DNA of 63,667 bases, counting the filler, from Octopus bimaculoides (lineage: Eukaryota): assembly GCF_001194135.2 (NCBI RefSeq). It is 4 parts of 4 records of this genome, joined end to end, with 100 filler letters (N's around TTAATTAATTAA, not from the genome) between each part and the next. Parts side by side here need not be neighbours in the genome. Positions count along the whole stretch, not along the records: positions 31,515 to 58,990 come from NC_069008.1; positions 59,091 to 63,667 come from NC_069003.1; 2 more parts are not named here. One strand, written 5' to 3'. Position 1 is the first letter of the stretch. Every line of letters starts with the position of its first letter. Below are positions 47,916-60,566 of the stretch, piece by piece. Made by a program: the position numbers and the translations under genes. Below the pieces are notes generated by a model. The model had not been told where the DNA came from, did no database searches, and saw only the letters and a list, made by a program, of their open reading frames with translations.

Positions 47916-48759
47916 AGGTTTTTTATTTAATGACAACTATATTCCTGGAATAAAGTCATTTCACATTTAATTCCCATTACAAAATTACCCGGAACCTGTG
48001 TAATTTTATATATTAAATAGCTTGAGGTTATTTGAGCAAACCGAACAACAACAGCAGTAACAATGTTAGCTAATCTCACTCTTCTACATCACTTTAAGCT
48101 TGATCATTCTGTCTCCACANNNNNNNNNNNNNNNNNNNNNNNNNNNNNNNNNNNNNNNNNNNNNNNNNNNNNNNNNNNNNNNNNNNNNNNNNNNNNNNNN
48201 NNNNNNNNNNNNNNNNNNNNNNNNNNNNNNNNNNNNNNNNNNNNNNNNNNNNNNNNNNNNNNNNNNNNNNNNNNNNNNNNNNNNNNNNNNNNNNNNNNNN
48301 NNNNNNNNNNNNNNNNNNNNNNNNNNNNNNNNNNNNNNNNNNNNNNNNNNNNNNNNNNNNNNNNNNNNNNNNNNNNNNNNNNNNNNNNNNNNNNNNNNNN
48401 NNNNNNNNNNNNNNNNNNNNNNNNNNNNNNNNNNNNNNNNNNNNNNNNNNNNNNNNNNNNNNNNNNNNNNNNNNNNNNNNNNNNNNNNNNGGTGACTCAA
48501 AATAATAGATATGCGTTCTGTGTGCTCAAATAGGTGTGCCACTAAAATTCCAGTTAGAACAGCGGCTGAAGTTGCGTTTGTGTGAATGTCTTGTTCAAAA
48601 AATGGCTAACAGTGGCTTCTCTTTGAGTCAATAGATATAGATTAAAGTTGTGAGGAAAGGCAAACAATTAGTCAAGGTAGGACTAGAGCGTTTGATTTCA
48701 TTTAATTCAATTTACAAATTTACCTACATAACGAATGGTAAAATAGTACAAAACTGGTA

Positions 48760-49430
48760 AAGATAGTAAAGATAATCTATCTATAGACCGGATTAGCGAA
48801 CTAGTTAAGCGGCAGTTGACAGGGGCAATCATCAACAATCGGTTGTGCATCGACCTGAAGAGAACGATTAGAGTGGAATCGATAGCGTTTAGCAAAGATT
48901 TAGCAATAGAAAGAATCAGATTAGAGTTAGGAAACTAGAAGAGACTATTAGTAAAGGTATTGCGACCGACGTGTTAGCGGCGTGAATGGCCCTTGACCAT
49001 TTCTTTGAGGTGAAACACAAAGGATGCGTTGTCAGAGCTAAGGCACGTGCGATAAAACACGAAGGAACTAAAATTGTCCGATGGCCTCGAACGGTAGGGA
49101 TGCGAGGTGGCAACAAAACCACGATCAGGACTTTGACATATCACGATGGACGCGTGCTACTCGGTTCCGAGCATATGTGTGCGGCTTTCTAGCAGCACTT
49201 TGTGCGACTGTTTGGGGAGGGTGATTGGTCGACGACGGTAATGGACTTTACTTCGTACCTGGGCGGCTGAGCGCAGCTCTCGGTAGCGAACGGGAGATTC
49301 TGCGAAAAGCCGGTAATAGCCACTGAAATACGGGAGGTGATGAGCTATTACCCAAGTCGCAAATCACCTGGATTGGATGGCTTGTCTTCTTAATTCTATG
49401 TATTCATGCCAGATTTGTTTGGCATATAAT
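48760..49430 (+). mobile_element. Tx1/L1-like LINE ORF2 fragment (linker to RT start), degenerate
   Basis: KGCVVRAKAR...EG and EIREVM...RKSPGLDGL..FY motifs, with stops. Confidence 0.65.
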
Positions 49431-49989
49431 GGGTGTTTTCATAGAGCAGTGTGTTGTTCTTTATTATTAACTGAGGAAAACAAAAATATTTGTAAATGTA
49501 ACTAATATATATCAGTAAGTCATTTAGAAACTGAAAGATGAGAATATGGCATTTCGGATCTAGTTTGTTTCATTCACAAAATGAGCCCCCTTTAATTTTG
49601 GTCAGATTGCTTTCAATTTTGGTGTATCGATGCAACTCTGGATTTTGATTACGATCAACCAATTACTTTATTTCGTGAACTAAAGAATCTGATGTTATTA
49701 GGAATTAAAGTTGGGAATTTTGTGTAATTTTAGCTAAACAGACAACTTGTTACTATGACAACCGCACGTTTTGTTGGGTTTCATTTCAGCCGCATGTTGT
49801 GTTGATTTACCCGCGTTTTGTTTTAATAAAACTTTAATAAAACTTTATAAATTAGAATTTTATTATAGATATTTTTCGTCATATTTTTTATTTATAGCAA
49901 AAGTCGTTTGCAATGTTTACACAGTTTCTTGACATTATGAAGGTGAATGGAATATGTGAACTTAGTACACAACCGCACACCTACACTTT

Positions 49990-50915
49990 TGTGATTTGTC
50001 AGCTTTCCCACTTAATAAGACTTTGGTTTTTGCTAAGTTGACTCTAAGGCCCTTCGATTCTACATCTTGCTTCCACACCCTAAACTTTGTCTCTAGTTCC
50101 AGCAGTGACTCAGCTATTAGAGCATAGAGGAGCTCCCAGGGGCAGCCTGTCTTGAATTCCTCTGTTATTGCCTGAAGGACTATGATGAATAAGAGGGGGA
50201 TGAGGACTGATCCTTGGTGAATCCCTCCTTCTACCCAGAACTCTTCACTATACTTGTTGCCAAACCTCACCTTACTGACGGCATCTTGGTACAGGGCTTG
50301 TACAGCTCTTACCAACCACTCGTCTATCCCCAGTTTCCACATTGACCACCAGATAAGGGATCGGGGAATCCTGTCAAAAGCTTTCTCCAAGTCAACAAAA
50401 GCCAAATACAGAGGTTTATCTTTGGCTAGATATTTCTTCTGCAGTTGCCTTACCAGAAATATAGCATCAGTGGTGCTTCTGCCTGGCACAGAACCAAACT
50501 GCATCTCATCTAGGCTAACTCTCTCCCTAATTAGTTGAGCTATGAGCCTCTTTATAACTTTCATCACCTGATCCAATAATTTGATACCCCTGTAGTTATT
50601 TCTCTCTAAAGCATCACCATTACCTTTGTAGCAGTTGACTATGGTGCTGCTACACCAGTCGCTGGGTATGACTTCTTCATGAACTACCTAATTTACGATA
50701 TGGGTGACAAGACCATAACCCACACTGCGCGACATTTTAAGCATCTCAACGGTGATTCCTGATGGGCCAGGTGCTTTCCCTGTCTTCATATCCTTAATTG
50801 CTTTATCTACCGGGGTACTGTTGATTTGGGTATCTGGTCTCTCAACTGGGTCAACCTTTGGCAGACTCTCCTCCTCCCATTCATTCTCCACACTCAGCAG
50901 TCTTTCGTAATAGTA
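49990..50915 (-). mobile_element. RTE-clade LINE RT fragment, catalytic DD deleted
   Basis: KAPGPSG, NYRGIKLL, QFG..PGRSTTDAIF, FVDLEKAFDR, GIHQGSVL.PLLF, CPWELLYA-LIAES, GLRVNLAKTK. Confidence 0.92.
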
Positions 50916-50939
50916 GATGTGTAGTGCATGCTCTTCAGA

Positions 50940-51045
50940 TTTTCGTTTTCACTGAATGCATTGAGCAGAGATACTGCATCAAGTTTTATCAAAAGCTTGC
51001 TGATACTCAAGCTCAAACCATCAGGAAAATTCAGCAGGCCTTTGA
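50940..51045 (+). mobile_element. Mariner transposase N-terminal fragment
   Basis: IEQRYCIKFYQKLADTQAQTIRKIQQAF resembles the mariner EQRxxIKFCxKLG start. Confidence 0.6.
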
Positions 51046-51130
51046 TGGTAGCCTAGCATCATACATTTTGTTTATTAATTGTTGCTGGCAAGGTCAAGTT
51101 TTCTAGTATCATAACTGATTATCATTATTA

Positions 51131-51497
51131 TTATTACCTCTGCCAAGGAAGGAGGTTATGTTTTCATTGGTATTGGTTTGTCCGTCTGTGTGCAAAATAA
51201 TTCAAAAAGTTGTGAACAGTATTTGATGAAACTTAAGGAAAAGTTGGTAATGACACAAGGAACAGATGATGAAATTTTGGTAGTGATCCAGGAATTTTTA
51301 TGGATTCTTGAAGGGTTTTTCATTTGTTATATTTACTTTACACAAAGTATTACAATGTTACATTCTTTGATTATCTCCCTTGAAAACACATTCATCGTTT
51401 GCACGTAACCTATGGTGGCGTTGCTGTTTCCAAAGTTTATTTTCGTTTCTTGCGTATCTAACTTAAAATGAGCTGCTTGGCGGAAGTCTGTGGAGGA
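51131..51497 (+). mobile_element. Helentron-associated non-autonomous element (HINE-like)
   Basis: Start ttattacctctgccaagg...ggttatgttttc; imperfect subterminal inverted repeat cctctgccaagg (51137) / gcttggcggaag (51475); the final hairpin was not seen. Confidence 0.55.
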
Positions 51498-51955
51498 TGA
51501 CATGGCAAGCCTTGACTATTGGGATCGACTCAAAAAGCTCAAGCTTTGCTCCCTCCACCGCCGCTGTGAGCTCTATATCATCTGTATGATGTGGAAAATA
51601 TTCCATCAGCATTGCCCATCTGTAAAATTCGTTCAAGGCTTGGCCCCTGTGCCATCCATCCACTACAGAAATGTTCATGTCGTATCACAACACTATGACA
51701 GAACTATTCCACCTCAATTGGCCCAGCTCTCTTCAACATCGTGCCAGACACACATAAAGGAGGAAAGTAACTTCATGGCATTCAAAAGATCCCTACACGA
51801 TTACCCCCAACAAATACCAGATATGTCTCTGAAAACAATAACCCTCTGCTTGAATGGGCTACGGTTCCCCAGAGCTGACTGTGTATCTCTTCCAGGCGGT
51901 GCTATTAAATTAGACATGGCCTGAGTCAACTTCGGCCGAAACTTATCTAAGTAAT
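51490..51955 (+). mobile_element. CR1/L2-like LINE 3' fragment
   Basis: LDYWDRLKKLKLCSLHRR..YIICMMWKI matches the Y.ERL..L.L.SL..RR ORF2 terminus. Confidence 0.7.
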
Positions 51956-52789
51956 CTTAATCTATGCTGTAACCTTTTAATCAAAACATGACAACGTGGG
52001 TAGGGGTTGATATCTTAATATTTCTGGTGGTCTTAAGTATAAAAAAAATTATTAAAGATTTATATAGAACTACATTCAGAGTATGTCTATAAGCTACTGN
52101 NNNNNNNNNNNNNNNNNNNNNNNNNNNNNNNNNNNNNNNNNNNNNNNNNNNNNNNNNNNNNNNNNNNNNNNNNNNNNNNNNNNNNNNNNNNNNNNNNNNN
52201 NNNNNNNNNNNNNNNNNNNNNNNNNNNNNNNNNNNNNNNNNNNNNNNNNNNNNNNNNNNNNNNNNNNNNNNNNNNNNATGGGAGGAGGATAAAATAGTAT
52301 CAGTGGTTATAATGGTGACAGGAGCGGTGTGATGTGTGATGCTGAGGTGATGGTGGTAATAGTGGTGTTGATGACAGTGTTAGTTGTGTGATGGTGGTAT
52401 TGCAGTGGTTATACTGGCTGTGGTGGTGAAAGTGACTGTCAAGGTAACCGTTATGATAACGTTGATGGCGGTGTATGTGGTTGATGTGGAAGCAATGACA
52501 GTGCTGCTGATGATGTTGGTGGTTGTGGTGGTGATTGTGATATGGTGGTGGTGGTGGTGGTCGTCGTCGTCGTCGTCGTTGTCACTGTAGTGCTGCTCCT
52601 GCTGGTTTGGCGGATGTGTGAGCTCTCTGAGTGCTTTTCTAGTTATCTTTAAAATGTATGTAGATAGTTGTATACAGAAGTGCTGATCACTTAAAGTGGA
52701 TGGAACTTGTAGAAGAGGGAGACCCAAGAAGATAAGGGATAAAGTATTGAAGATTGATCTCAAGACAGTGACCTTTACAAAGGACTGAG

Positions 52790-53090
52790 ATATCTGGTAC
52801 CTTGCTGTACACAAGGAGATCCATGGGCCACAACAGAATTGATATTGGTACTGGTGTCACATAAAATGCACTCATGTTGGTGCCACATTAAAAGCACTGG
52901 TTCTGGTGCCACATACAAAGTACCCAGTACACTATGAGGAGTGGTCGGTGTTAGGAAGAGCATCCAGCCATAGGAACCATACCAGAACAGACAATGGAGC
53001 CTGGTGCAGCCCCTGGCCTTACCAACACCGGTCATACCATTCAACCCATGCCAGCATGGAAAACCGATGTTAAACAATAACAATGATAAA
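52790..53090 (+). mobile_element. Family F retroposon 3' end with internal ggtgccacataaaa minisatellite
   Basis: gttaggaagagcatccagcc...aacccatgccagcatggaaaacc...gttaaac; homologous to 54380-54770. Confidence 0.75.
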
Positions 53091-53388
53091 GACACTAATC
53101 CCTAATTACAATCAATCATATTCAGTGAATTTTAGTATTAGATGGGAAAAAAAGGGTTTGTCTGTGTTCTACTTTCGTGGGGACCTATAAACAACTACTG
53201 TAGTCATTTTATTATCATACACAGCATCAGATGTGAAGTTTTTGATGGCAGTTACCAACTTAATCCACCTTCAGTATGAAATGAGACTCATCCTGAGAAT
53301 GGGTCTATGCATTCCACCAAAGTCAATGAAACTGATTGTGTAGTACATAGTACTCTCGTCACTTCATTATGATGTACCATAGAGTGAA

Positions 53389-53715
53389 GACATGGCTCAG
53401 TGGTTAGAGCATCAGGCTCACAATCATGAGGTAGTGTGTTTGATTCCCATTCCAGGCTGTGTGTTGTGTTCTTGAGCAAGACACTTTATTTCACATTGCT
53501 CCAGTTCATTCAGCTGTAGAAATGAGTTGTGACGTCACTAGTGCCAAGCCATATTGGTCTTTGTCTTTTCCTTGGACAACATCAGTGATGTGGAGAGGGG
53601 AGGCTGGTATGCATGAGTGACTGCTGGTCTTACATAAACAACCTTGCCCAGACTTGTACCTCAGCAGGGTACTTTCTAAGTGCAATCCCATGGTCATTCA
53701 TGACCAAAAGGGGTC
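53389..53715 (+). mobile_element. SINE family D, full length
   Basis: Head tggctcagtggttagagc...gtttgattccc; middle ttgagcaagacactttatttcacattgctccag; 3' end ggtcattcatgacc. Confidence 0.88.
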
Positions 53716-53764
53716 ATTACTCTTTTACAATAGAATGGAACTTTGCTGTATATATAACCTTTAA

Positions 53765-53977
53765 CCCTTTAGCATTTAAACCAGCCATGTCTTGCCCAAA
53801 TATTTTACCCTGTTTTATGTTGAAAAAGGCCTTTCACACCTACCCTACAATGTCATTCTAAAACTAAAAAATATTACATCTTCAAAATCTCGAAGCTTTG
53901 AGATAATGCATAATTAATTAAAAGCAATATGAATGAATGAACATTACATTTGACAGAGAAATTTAAATGCTAAAAGG
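53765..53977. mobile_element. piggyBac-type MITE (213 bp)
   Basis: TTAA at 53761-53764 and 53978-53981; ends ccctttagcatttaaa / tttaaatgctaaaagg (15 of 16 complementary). Confidence 0.85.
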
Positions 53978-54379
53978 TTAAGGTGACGTCATGTAAGAGG
54001 TTCAGGAATATTTGTAACAGTACACCTTCCATATTATTGAAAGCAGTCACTCCTTTTCAATGGCCACCTTTCAATTTCAGTCTCACAAATCTGATTTCAA
54101 GTATTATACAATATTATAAAATTATTGCATCACATCTGTTATATTACGTGGTTGCCAATTTCTGTAATATGTGAAAATTAAAATTTTTCAGAATGATGAT
54201 TTTTTGGAACTTTGCAAATTTGCATAATTTTCAAGGTAAAAATTTCTCATAATTACTCATAAATACCAATTTTTAATATCTGTGAGCCTATTCCTGAACT
54301 AAATATATTTTCAGTAGATAACTTATTTAAGTTTCCTCATCTTGAAATATATGAAATAACACTCTATGAGCTACTGTTT

Positions 54380-54770
54380 ATAGTGGAGATGTGGACATTG
54401 TTTCCCAGATTGACCAGTTTGCATTCATAGTGGTGCCACATAAAAAGCACCCAAGTTGGCACCACATAAAGATATCTGTACTGGTGTCACATAAAAAAGG
54501 ACCCGTGTCAACACCATGCAAAGGGCACCTGTGCCAGTGCAACATAGAAGGCACCCAATACACTCTGTATAGTGGTTGGTGTTAGAAAGAGCATCTAGCT
54601 ATAGAAACTATGCCAAAACAGACAACTGGAGCCTGGTGCAGCCCTTCAGCTTGCCAGCATCCAACCCATGCAGGCATGGAAAATGGATGTTAAATGATGA
54701 TGACCACAATGATGATGATAATGATGATGACGACGACGACAATGATGGTGGTGATGACGGCGACGAGTCA
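54380..54770 (+). mobile_element. Family F retroposon 3' end with (GAT)n tail
   Basis: About 5 internal units, gttagaaagagcatctagc, aacccatgcaggcatggaaaa...gttaaatgatgatg. Confidence 0.75.
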
Positions 54771-55034
54771 AGGCTTATTCTGCAAGCATATGTGCAGCAA
54801 AAATGTTTTTTTCAATTTTTTTGTTTGACTGCAAATGTTTCCTTCGATTTGTTTTTAGTTTATTCTTTCTGCATTTTGCATCAAAAAATTTTTAATAATT
54901 GAACTTTCTCCCATTAACACCCGATTCCTGGAGTTNNNNNNNNNNNNNNNNNNNNNNNNNNNNNNNNNNNNNNNNNNNNNNACTTTGCTTTGTTTTTTTG
55001 GGTTTTTTTTTTTTTTCATTTTAGTATAAATTTA

Positions 55035-55495
55035 AGGCAGCAAGCTAACAGAATTGTTAGCATGCCAGGTAAAAAGTTTGGCAGCATTTTGTCTGCCTTC
55101 CTGTTCTGAGTTCAAATTCTGCTGAGGTCGACTTTTCCTTTCATCCTTTTGGGGTCGATAAAATAAGGACCAATTGAGTACTGGAGTTGATATAATCGAC
55201 TATCCCCCTCCCCCAAGTTTCAAGCCTTGTACTTACAGTAGAAAGTATTATTATTATTGTTGTTGTTGTTGTTGTTGTTGTTGTTATCATTATCATTATT
55301 ATTAGGGCATTGAGCTGGCAGAATCATTAGCACGTCAGGCATGCTTTATATTCTGAGTTCAAATTCCACCAAGGTCGACTTTGCCTTTCCTTCTTTCAGG
55401 GTCAATAAAACAAGTTCCACTGGAGTACTGGGGTCATGTAATCGATTTACACCCTCCGCTGGAATTGCTAGCTTTGTGCCAAACTTTGAAATCAT
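55035..55495 (+). mobile_element. Two diverged SINE family A copies separated by (TTG)n/(TTA)n
   Basis: Bodies at about 55035-55250 and 55305-55495. Confidence 0.8.
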
Positions 55496-55959
55496 TATTT
55501 TAGTATAATTAATTATGTAACAATCACCATAATCCTTTACCCTCCAAATTCAGTTCCATTCATGTGGGAAATCTTGAACTGAACGGTAGATTGAAGTGTT
55601 TGTATATGTAAGCTCAAAATGGTGGCATCAAACCAGAAAGCGGTAAATTTTTCTGGTAAAGTAGACATTTGAATGTGAAAAGGGCAGTCCAAAAACCAAA
55701 GCCCTACCAACGATGTTTGAAAAAGAGGTGTTAGAGATATATAGCATAGAGAAAAAGTGGAAGTTCCAACAGAACAGCCTACTGAGGGGTACAAACCAAA
55801 TCTGTGGCTGGTGCAAAGTCCTGGCCAAATCAAGGGTGACATGATAGCGAAACAGTGAAGTAGACAGAGTTATAAAAGCAAAGAAACAGGACTTGTGAAG
55901 ATTGAAAGGATGATGGTAGCAACAGCAGCAGAGAATTATATCAGATAGCTTGAAGAGAA

Positions 55960-56475
55960 GTTAGGCAATAGACAGGTTTACATAGCAAAGGGGGAAGTAA
56001 AAAGTAGATTTATTAGTGTGAGGTGTTCCAGGTTGCATGGCTATGAGAAAAAATCAAAATGTTGTGTGTGAGAAGTATGTGTGTATGAATAATGATACAA
56101 TTGCACGTAGTGGTTTTGAAAAGAAAGAGGCATGGGAGCATTACCTTGAAAGGTTATTAAACATCGAGAATATTTAGAAGAAAGAGAATCTTCCTAACAT
56201 GGATTCAACAGAGGGACCAACACCACCCTGCTTAATGGCAGTATGATAGATAATGCATTTCAGGATATGAAGGCAGAGAAAGCCTCTGATCCATCAGGAA
56301 TTGCAGCTGAGACACTTAACATATGCATAATTATCCAATGACTGGCATAGCAGCATTATAATCAGCAGTTAAAAGGCTTAAGAAAATACCTTAGAAGTAA
56401 TTACAAATGTATCAAATTGCTAGACTGGGACATGAAAGTTATAGAGAGAGTTATAACCCAATTAATTTGGGTATG
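55960..56475 (+). mobile_element. Highly degenerate relic of the RTE family at 49990-50915
   Basis: gatatgaaggcagagaaagcc...ccatcaggaatt and atcaaattgctagac...atgaaagttata parallel DMKTGKAPGPSGI and IKLLDQVMKVI. Confidence 0.6.
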
Positions 56476-58136
56476 GAGGTATTTTGAAAATACTTCACAG
56501 AGTGATGATGGGCTACCCTTTAACAAGGGTTAGCACTCATTCAGCCACCCTGCCAGGAATATGGTGGCTGGTGCACCACCAAAGAGTCCCATGAAGAAAA
56601 GAAAAGGAAGTGTAGAGGAGAGACAAGGGTTACCAAAAGGAGGAAAAGCAAATAAGCAGAAAAGAAACGAGATGTCGAGAAAGACAAAGAGAGAAAACAG
56701 AGAGTGATACCAGCTATTAGCACGGAGGAGAAAGTGAAAGGACAGGAAAAAAAGGAAGATAGAAGAGAAACATCATGTGAGACAAGCAGAGAAGGAAGAG
56801 ATAGAAACAGCAGAAGAGATTAGTGATGGAAATCAGAAAGTAACACTGAATGGAAAACAAGTAAGAACTATAATACAGTACAGAAAAAAATGTAGAAATT
56901 GAAAAAAAGATCACGAAAATGAAAAATGTAATTAGGGTGAAGTTAGCACCTAAACCGTGCAATGAAGGATTTAAAGCAGTCTTGCTTGAAAGAGAGAGAG
57001 AGGTGAAAGGTTGAAGGAACTATTCGGGGAAATGGTAGAGATATCACCGTTAGTTTCGATTCAATGAGTTGCCACCGGTGGTGGCATTTGAGGACATAGT
57101 GGAATATCTAATATAAAGGAAAGTAAGAGAGATATTTAAAATTACAAAATAAGGACTATTTTTTTTTTAAATGATGGAAGAAAAGAATAATGAACTGTGT
57201 GATACATAAGCAGTAAAATGGAACTGCCTGCTTGGGGGGGGGGGAAGCCATTTCATCTCATCATTTATTTATAATTTCATCCATTATATGTTTTGTGTAC
57301 CACTCTGTATTGTTTTGTCTGTTTTTGTATTGTCCCATCTTTATAAGAGGCTTTGTGCCTAATAAAAGAAATCAGGAATACGGTGAGGTCATGGGACTGC
57401 AGCATGGTTGATTATGAATAGGTAGCAGAAGAGTTCAACTGAGCCAACAGTGCTTTTTACATTGATGCTGAACGGAGGAATCCAAGATCAACGGTCAGGA
57501 TCACCAAGCTACATCAAGAGAGGAACTGAAGTGCATCTGTAAGAGTAGCATCCATGGTTGTGTAATGAGCTAATGAAAGATTCACTATGACTCAAGCTCT
57601 GAATTCTAATACATAATAATGGAATTGGATGGCAACAGAGCATCATGGGAACACATGAAAGCAGTGAAAACAAGATAGAAACAGAATTAGATTAGTGTTT
57701 CAGTTCTTGTTGAGTCCACAGGGTGGTATTGAAAGGAGTTGTGGAGCTGAGATGTGAATGCTCCTACTTGCCCTTTCAATGTAATTGTTTCTGAGAGGAG
57801 ATTTGACTCGAGTACTTCAAAAATAGGATATTTACCAACTATAAAAGGATGAAATGCAAATCTGATCTTGGCAGGTTTTGAATCCAGACCACAGAAAACC
57901 TTTATGAAAACCACAAGGTATTCTATTCTAGCCAATATTAAAAAAAGCTCTGGCATCTTTGTATTTCAATTAAATAACTGATAGGAAGTAATATTATCCA
58001 GTCAGTATACTATTTAACAAAATGTATTTTTGGCAATCTTTTGAATTTTGTACATACAACATGACAGACAAAGAATCATAAACTGCACTTGAACACACAC
58101 ACACGCACACATATATAAGTATTTATAAATATATAT

Positions 58137-58470
58137 ACATTATTTACATTTGACGGATATTTGTCCTCATCTTTTTTGTTGTTAACACATTTCGGCTGAT
58201 ATACCCTCAAGCCTTCATTAAGTGTCTTGAGGAAATTTCGAACCTGGGTTCTCATACCTAAGGTATTTTCTGATGTTGTTGTTGTTGTTATTATTATTAT
58301 TATTATTATCATTATTATTATTATTATTATTATTCAGGTCACTGCCTGGAATCAAACTCGGAATCTTGGGGTTAGTAGCCCGTGCTCTTAACCACTATGC
58401 CATATGCCCATGGGCAGTTGTGGAGTGAATTTTAGGGCTTATAAATCTAATATTTTCCTATCCTTCCTTA
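58137..58470 (-). mobile_element. Second family E copy (tRNA head, expanded internal (TAA)n, hammerhead-like tail)
   Basis: Homologous to 12382-12610 from tacattatttacatttgacggat to gggca; extra sequence upstream of the head makes the boundary uncertain. Confidence 0.85.
58184..58226 (-). ncRNA. Degenerate hammerhead-like motif in family E
   Basis: gacac-TTAATGA-a-ggct-tgagggtatatc-agcc-GAAA-t-gtgtt; stems I and II are present but the core and stem III are decayed. Confidence 0.4.
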
Positions 58471-58731
58471 ATACCAGTTCCCATATGCTGCTCATATCTG
58501 CACTCGGTCTGCTTAGGAGATTGTTGTGTCCCAGCATATGTGCTGCTTCTTTTAGTCTTTGTATTTTCCACAAAACTGATGTGACTAACGAATATTTGAA
58601 ATATAAGTGAAAAGAGTTATAGAAACATTCTCTCTATACGAAGATAAGTACATATCATATAAAGCATTTATCATAAGGAGTAAATTATATTTATATATAT
58701 ATATACACACACAGACGCACACACACACACA

Positions 58732-58990
58732 CTCTTTTACTCTTTTACTCTTTTACTTGTTTCAGTCTTTTGACTGTGGCCATGCTGGAGCACCGCCTTT
58801 AGTCGAGCAAATCGACCCCAGGACTTATTCTTTAGAAGCCTAGTACTTATTCTATCGATCTCTTTTGCCGAACCACTAAGTTACGGGGACATAAACACAC
58901 CAGCATTGGTTGTCAAGCGATGTTGGGGGGACAAACACACACATACAAACATATACACACACATACATATATATATATATACATATATAC
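58732..58990 (-). mobile_element. SINE family B tail with (GTAAAAGA)3 terminus and internal microsatellite running into a gap
   Basis: tcttttac x3; gagcaccgcc...tcgaccccagg...aagttacggggac...gttgtcaagcgat. Confidence 0.9.
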
Positions 58991-59034
58991 NNNNNNNNNN
59001 NNNNNNNNNNNNNNNNNNNNNNNNNNNNNNNNNN

Positions 59035-59046
59035 TTAATTAATTAA
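59035..59046. other. Assembly linker TTAATTAATTAA inside an N gap
   Basis: Same 12-mer, with 44 N on each side. Confidence 0.9.
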
Positions 59047-59995
59047 NNNNNNNNNNNNNNNNNNNNNNNNNNNNNNNNNNNNNNNNNNNNTATCTTTCTG
59101 TCTTTCTTTTTATCTTTCTGTCTTTCTTTCTATCTTTTTATCTTTCGTTCTTTCCCTCTTTCTTTCTTCTCTCCCTTAAAAATAAGCGAAGAAGCGAATT
59201 TTTAATGATTTATGGTGCTGAATATATAAAAAGCTGCAAACCCAACCGATCAGGCAAACGGGGTAAAATAAGAAAAAAAAAAAATGCGAAACAAAATATA
59301 ACACTTTGCATGACTGACGTCATCAAGCAAGTTCCAGTAAGAATATAATGAAAGGAAAAAAAAAAAAACTGAAAACAAAAAATAACGAAACAAAAAATGC
59401 AAAATACGAAAATACAAAAACAGAAGCAAAAAATTTTTCTTCCCTCCAACCCACCCCTTCCACCAATAAATATTTATAGATGCTTTATTACGTAAGATAC
59501 CACGGGTGACTGTAACGTGTGAACATCAACAGACTAACTCGAATGCCAGCGCTATCTGTTGAACGCACGGATCAATGTAGATCCTTCCACATCCATAGAA
59601 CATGATGTACTCAACACTGTATTCTATTCAACGATCCTATTGATTTTTTGCTTATTTATTTATTTTGCCTATTTTTATTGTATTAGTATTTTTTTAATTT
59701 TCATGTTTTTATTTTTATTTTCATTTGTTATTTATGTTTATTCATCTTTTTTTTTTATATTTAGGAGAGTATTTTTTTTCCTCTCTTATTTTGTATGTTT
59801 TATTAATTTTTTATTTTGTATTTATAAGAGAAGATGAAATCAATTGGAAGAAGCGCTGCACTCAGGTCAATTAAAAATATGCAAATTAGATCCTATCAGG
59901 GAATAGTAAATGAGTTGCTAAGCTTTAAAGAAATCAAGCATCTAATAATTGTATATAAAATGCAGCAGAATCTGAGACCCATTAGGAATAGGGAA

Positions 59996-60036
<41 letters not shown>

Positions 60037-60130
60037 CTGAGAGAGAGAAGGGACGAAGAGAGGGAGAGAGAGAGAGGGAAATATAATGTAACTATAGGCA
60101 ATAGCCGCTATTGTGATATTCTGTAATATG

Positions 60131-60566
60131 AGGCGGCGAGCTGGCAGAAACGTTAGCACGCCGGGCGAAATGCTTAGCGATATTTCGTCTGTCAATACGT
60201 TCTGAGTTCAAATTCCGCTGGGGTCGACTTTACCTTTCAACTTTTCGGAGTCGATAAATTAGTTACCAGTTGCCAACTAGCGTCGATCTAATCGACTGGG
60301 CCACTCCCTAAAAAATTCGGGCCTTGTGCCTAGAGTAGAAAATATTTTGTAATATGAGGCGGTGAGCTGACAGAAACGTTAGCACGTCGGGCGAATTGGT
60401 TAGTGGTATTTCGTCTGTCTACGTTCTGAGTACAGATTCCGCTGAGGTCGACGCTGCTTTCATCCTTTCAGGTCGATAAATTAAGTACCAGTTACGCACT
60501 GGGGTCCATGTAATCGACTGGCCCTCTCCCACAAAATTTCGGGCCTTGTATCTAGAGTAGAAAAGA
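60131..60566 (+). mobile_element. Tandem pair of A2 SINEs bounded by three copies of a 15-bp target
   Basis: atatt(c/t)tgtaatatg at 60116-60130, 60342-60356 and 60567-60581. Confidence 0.92.
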
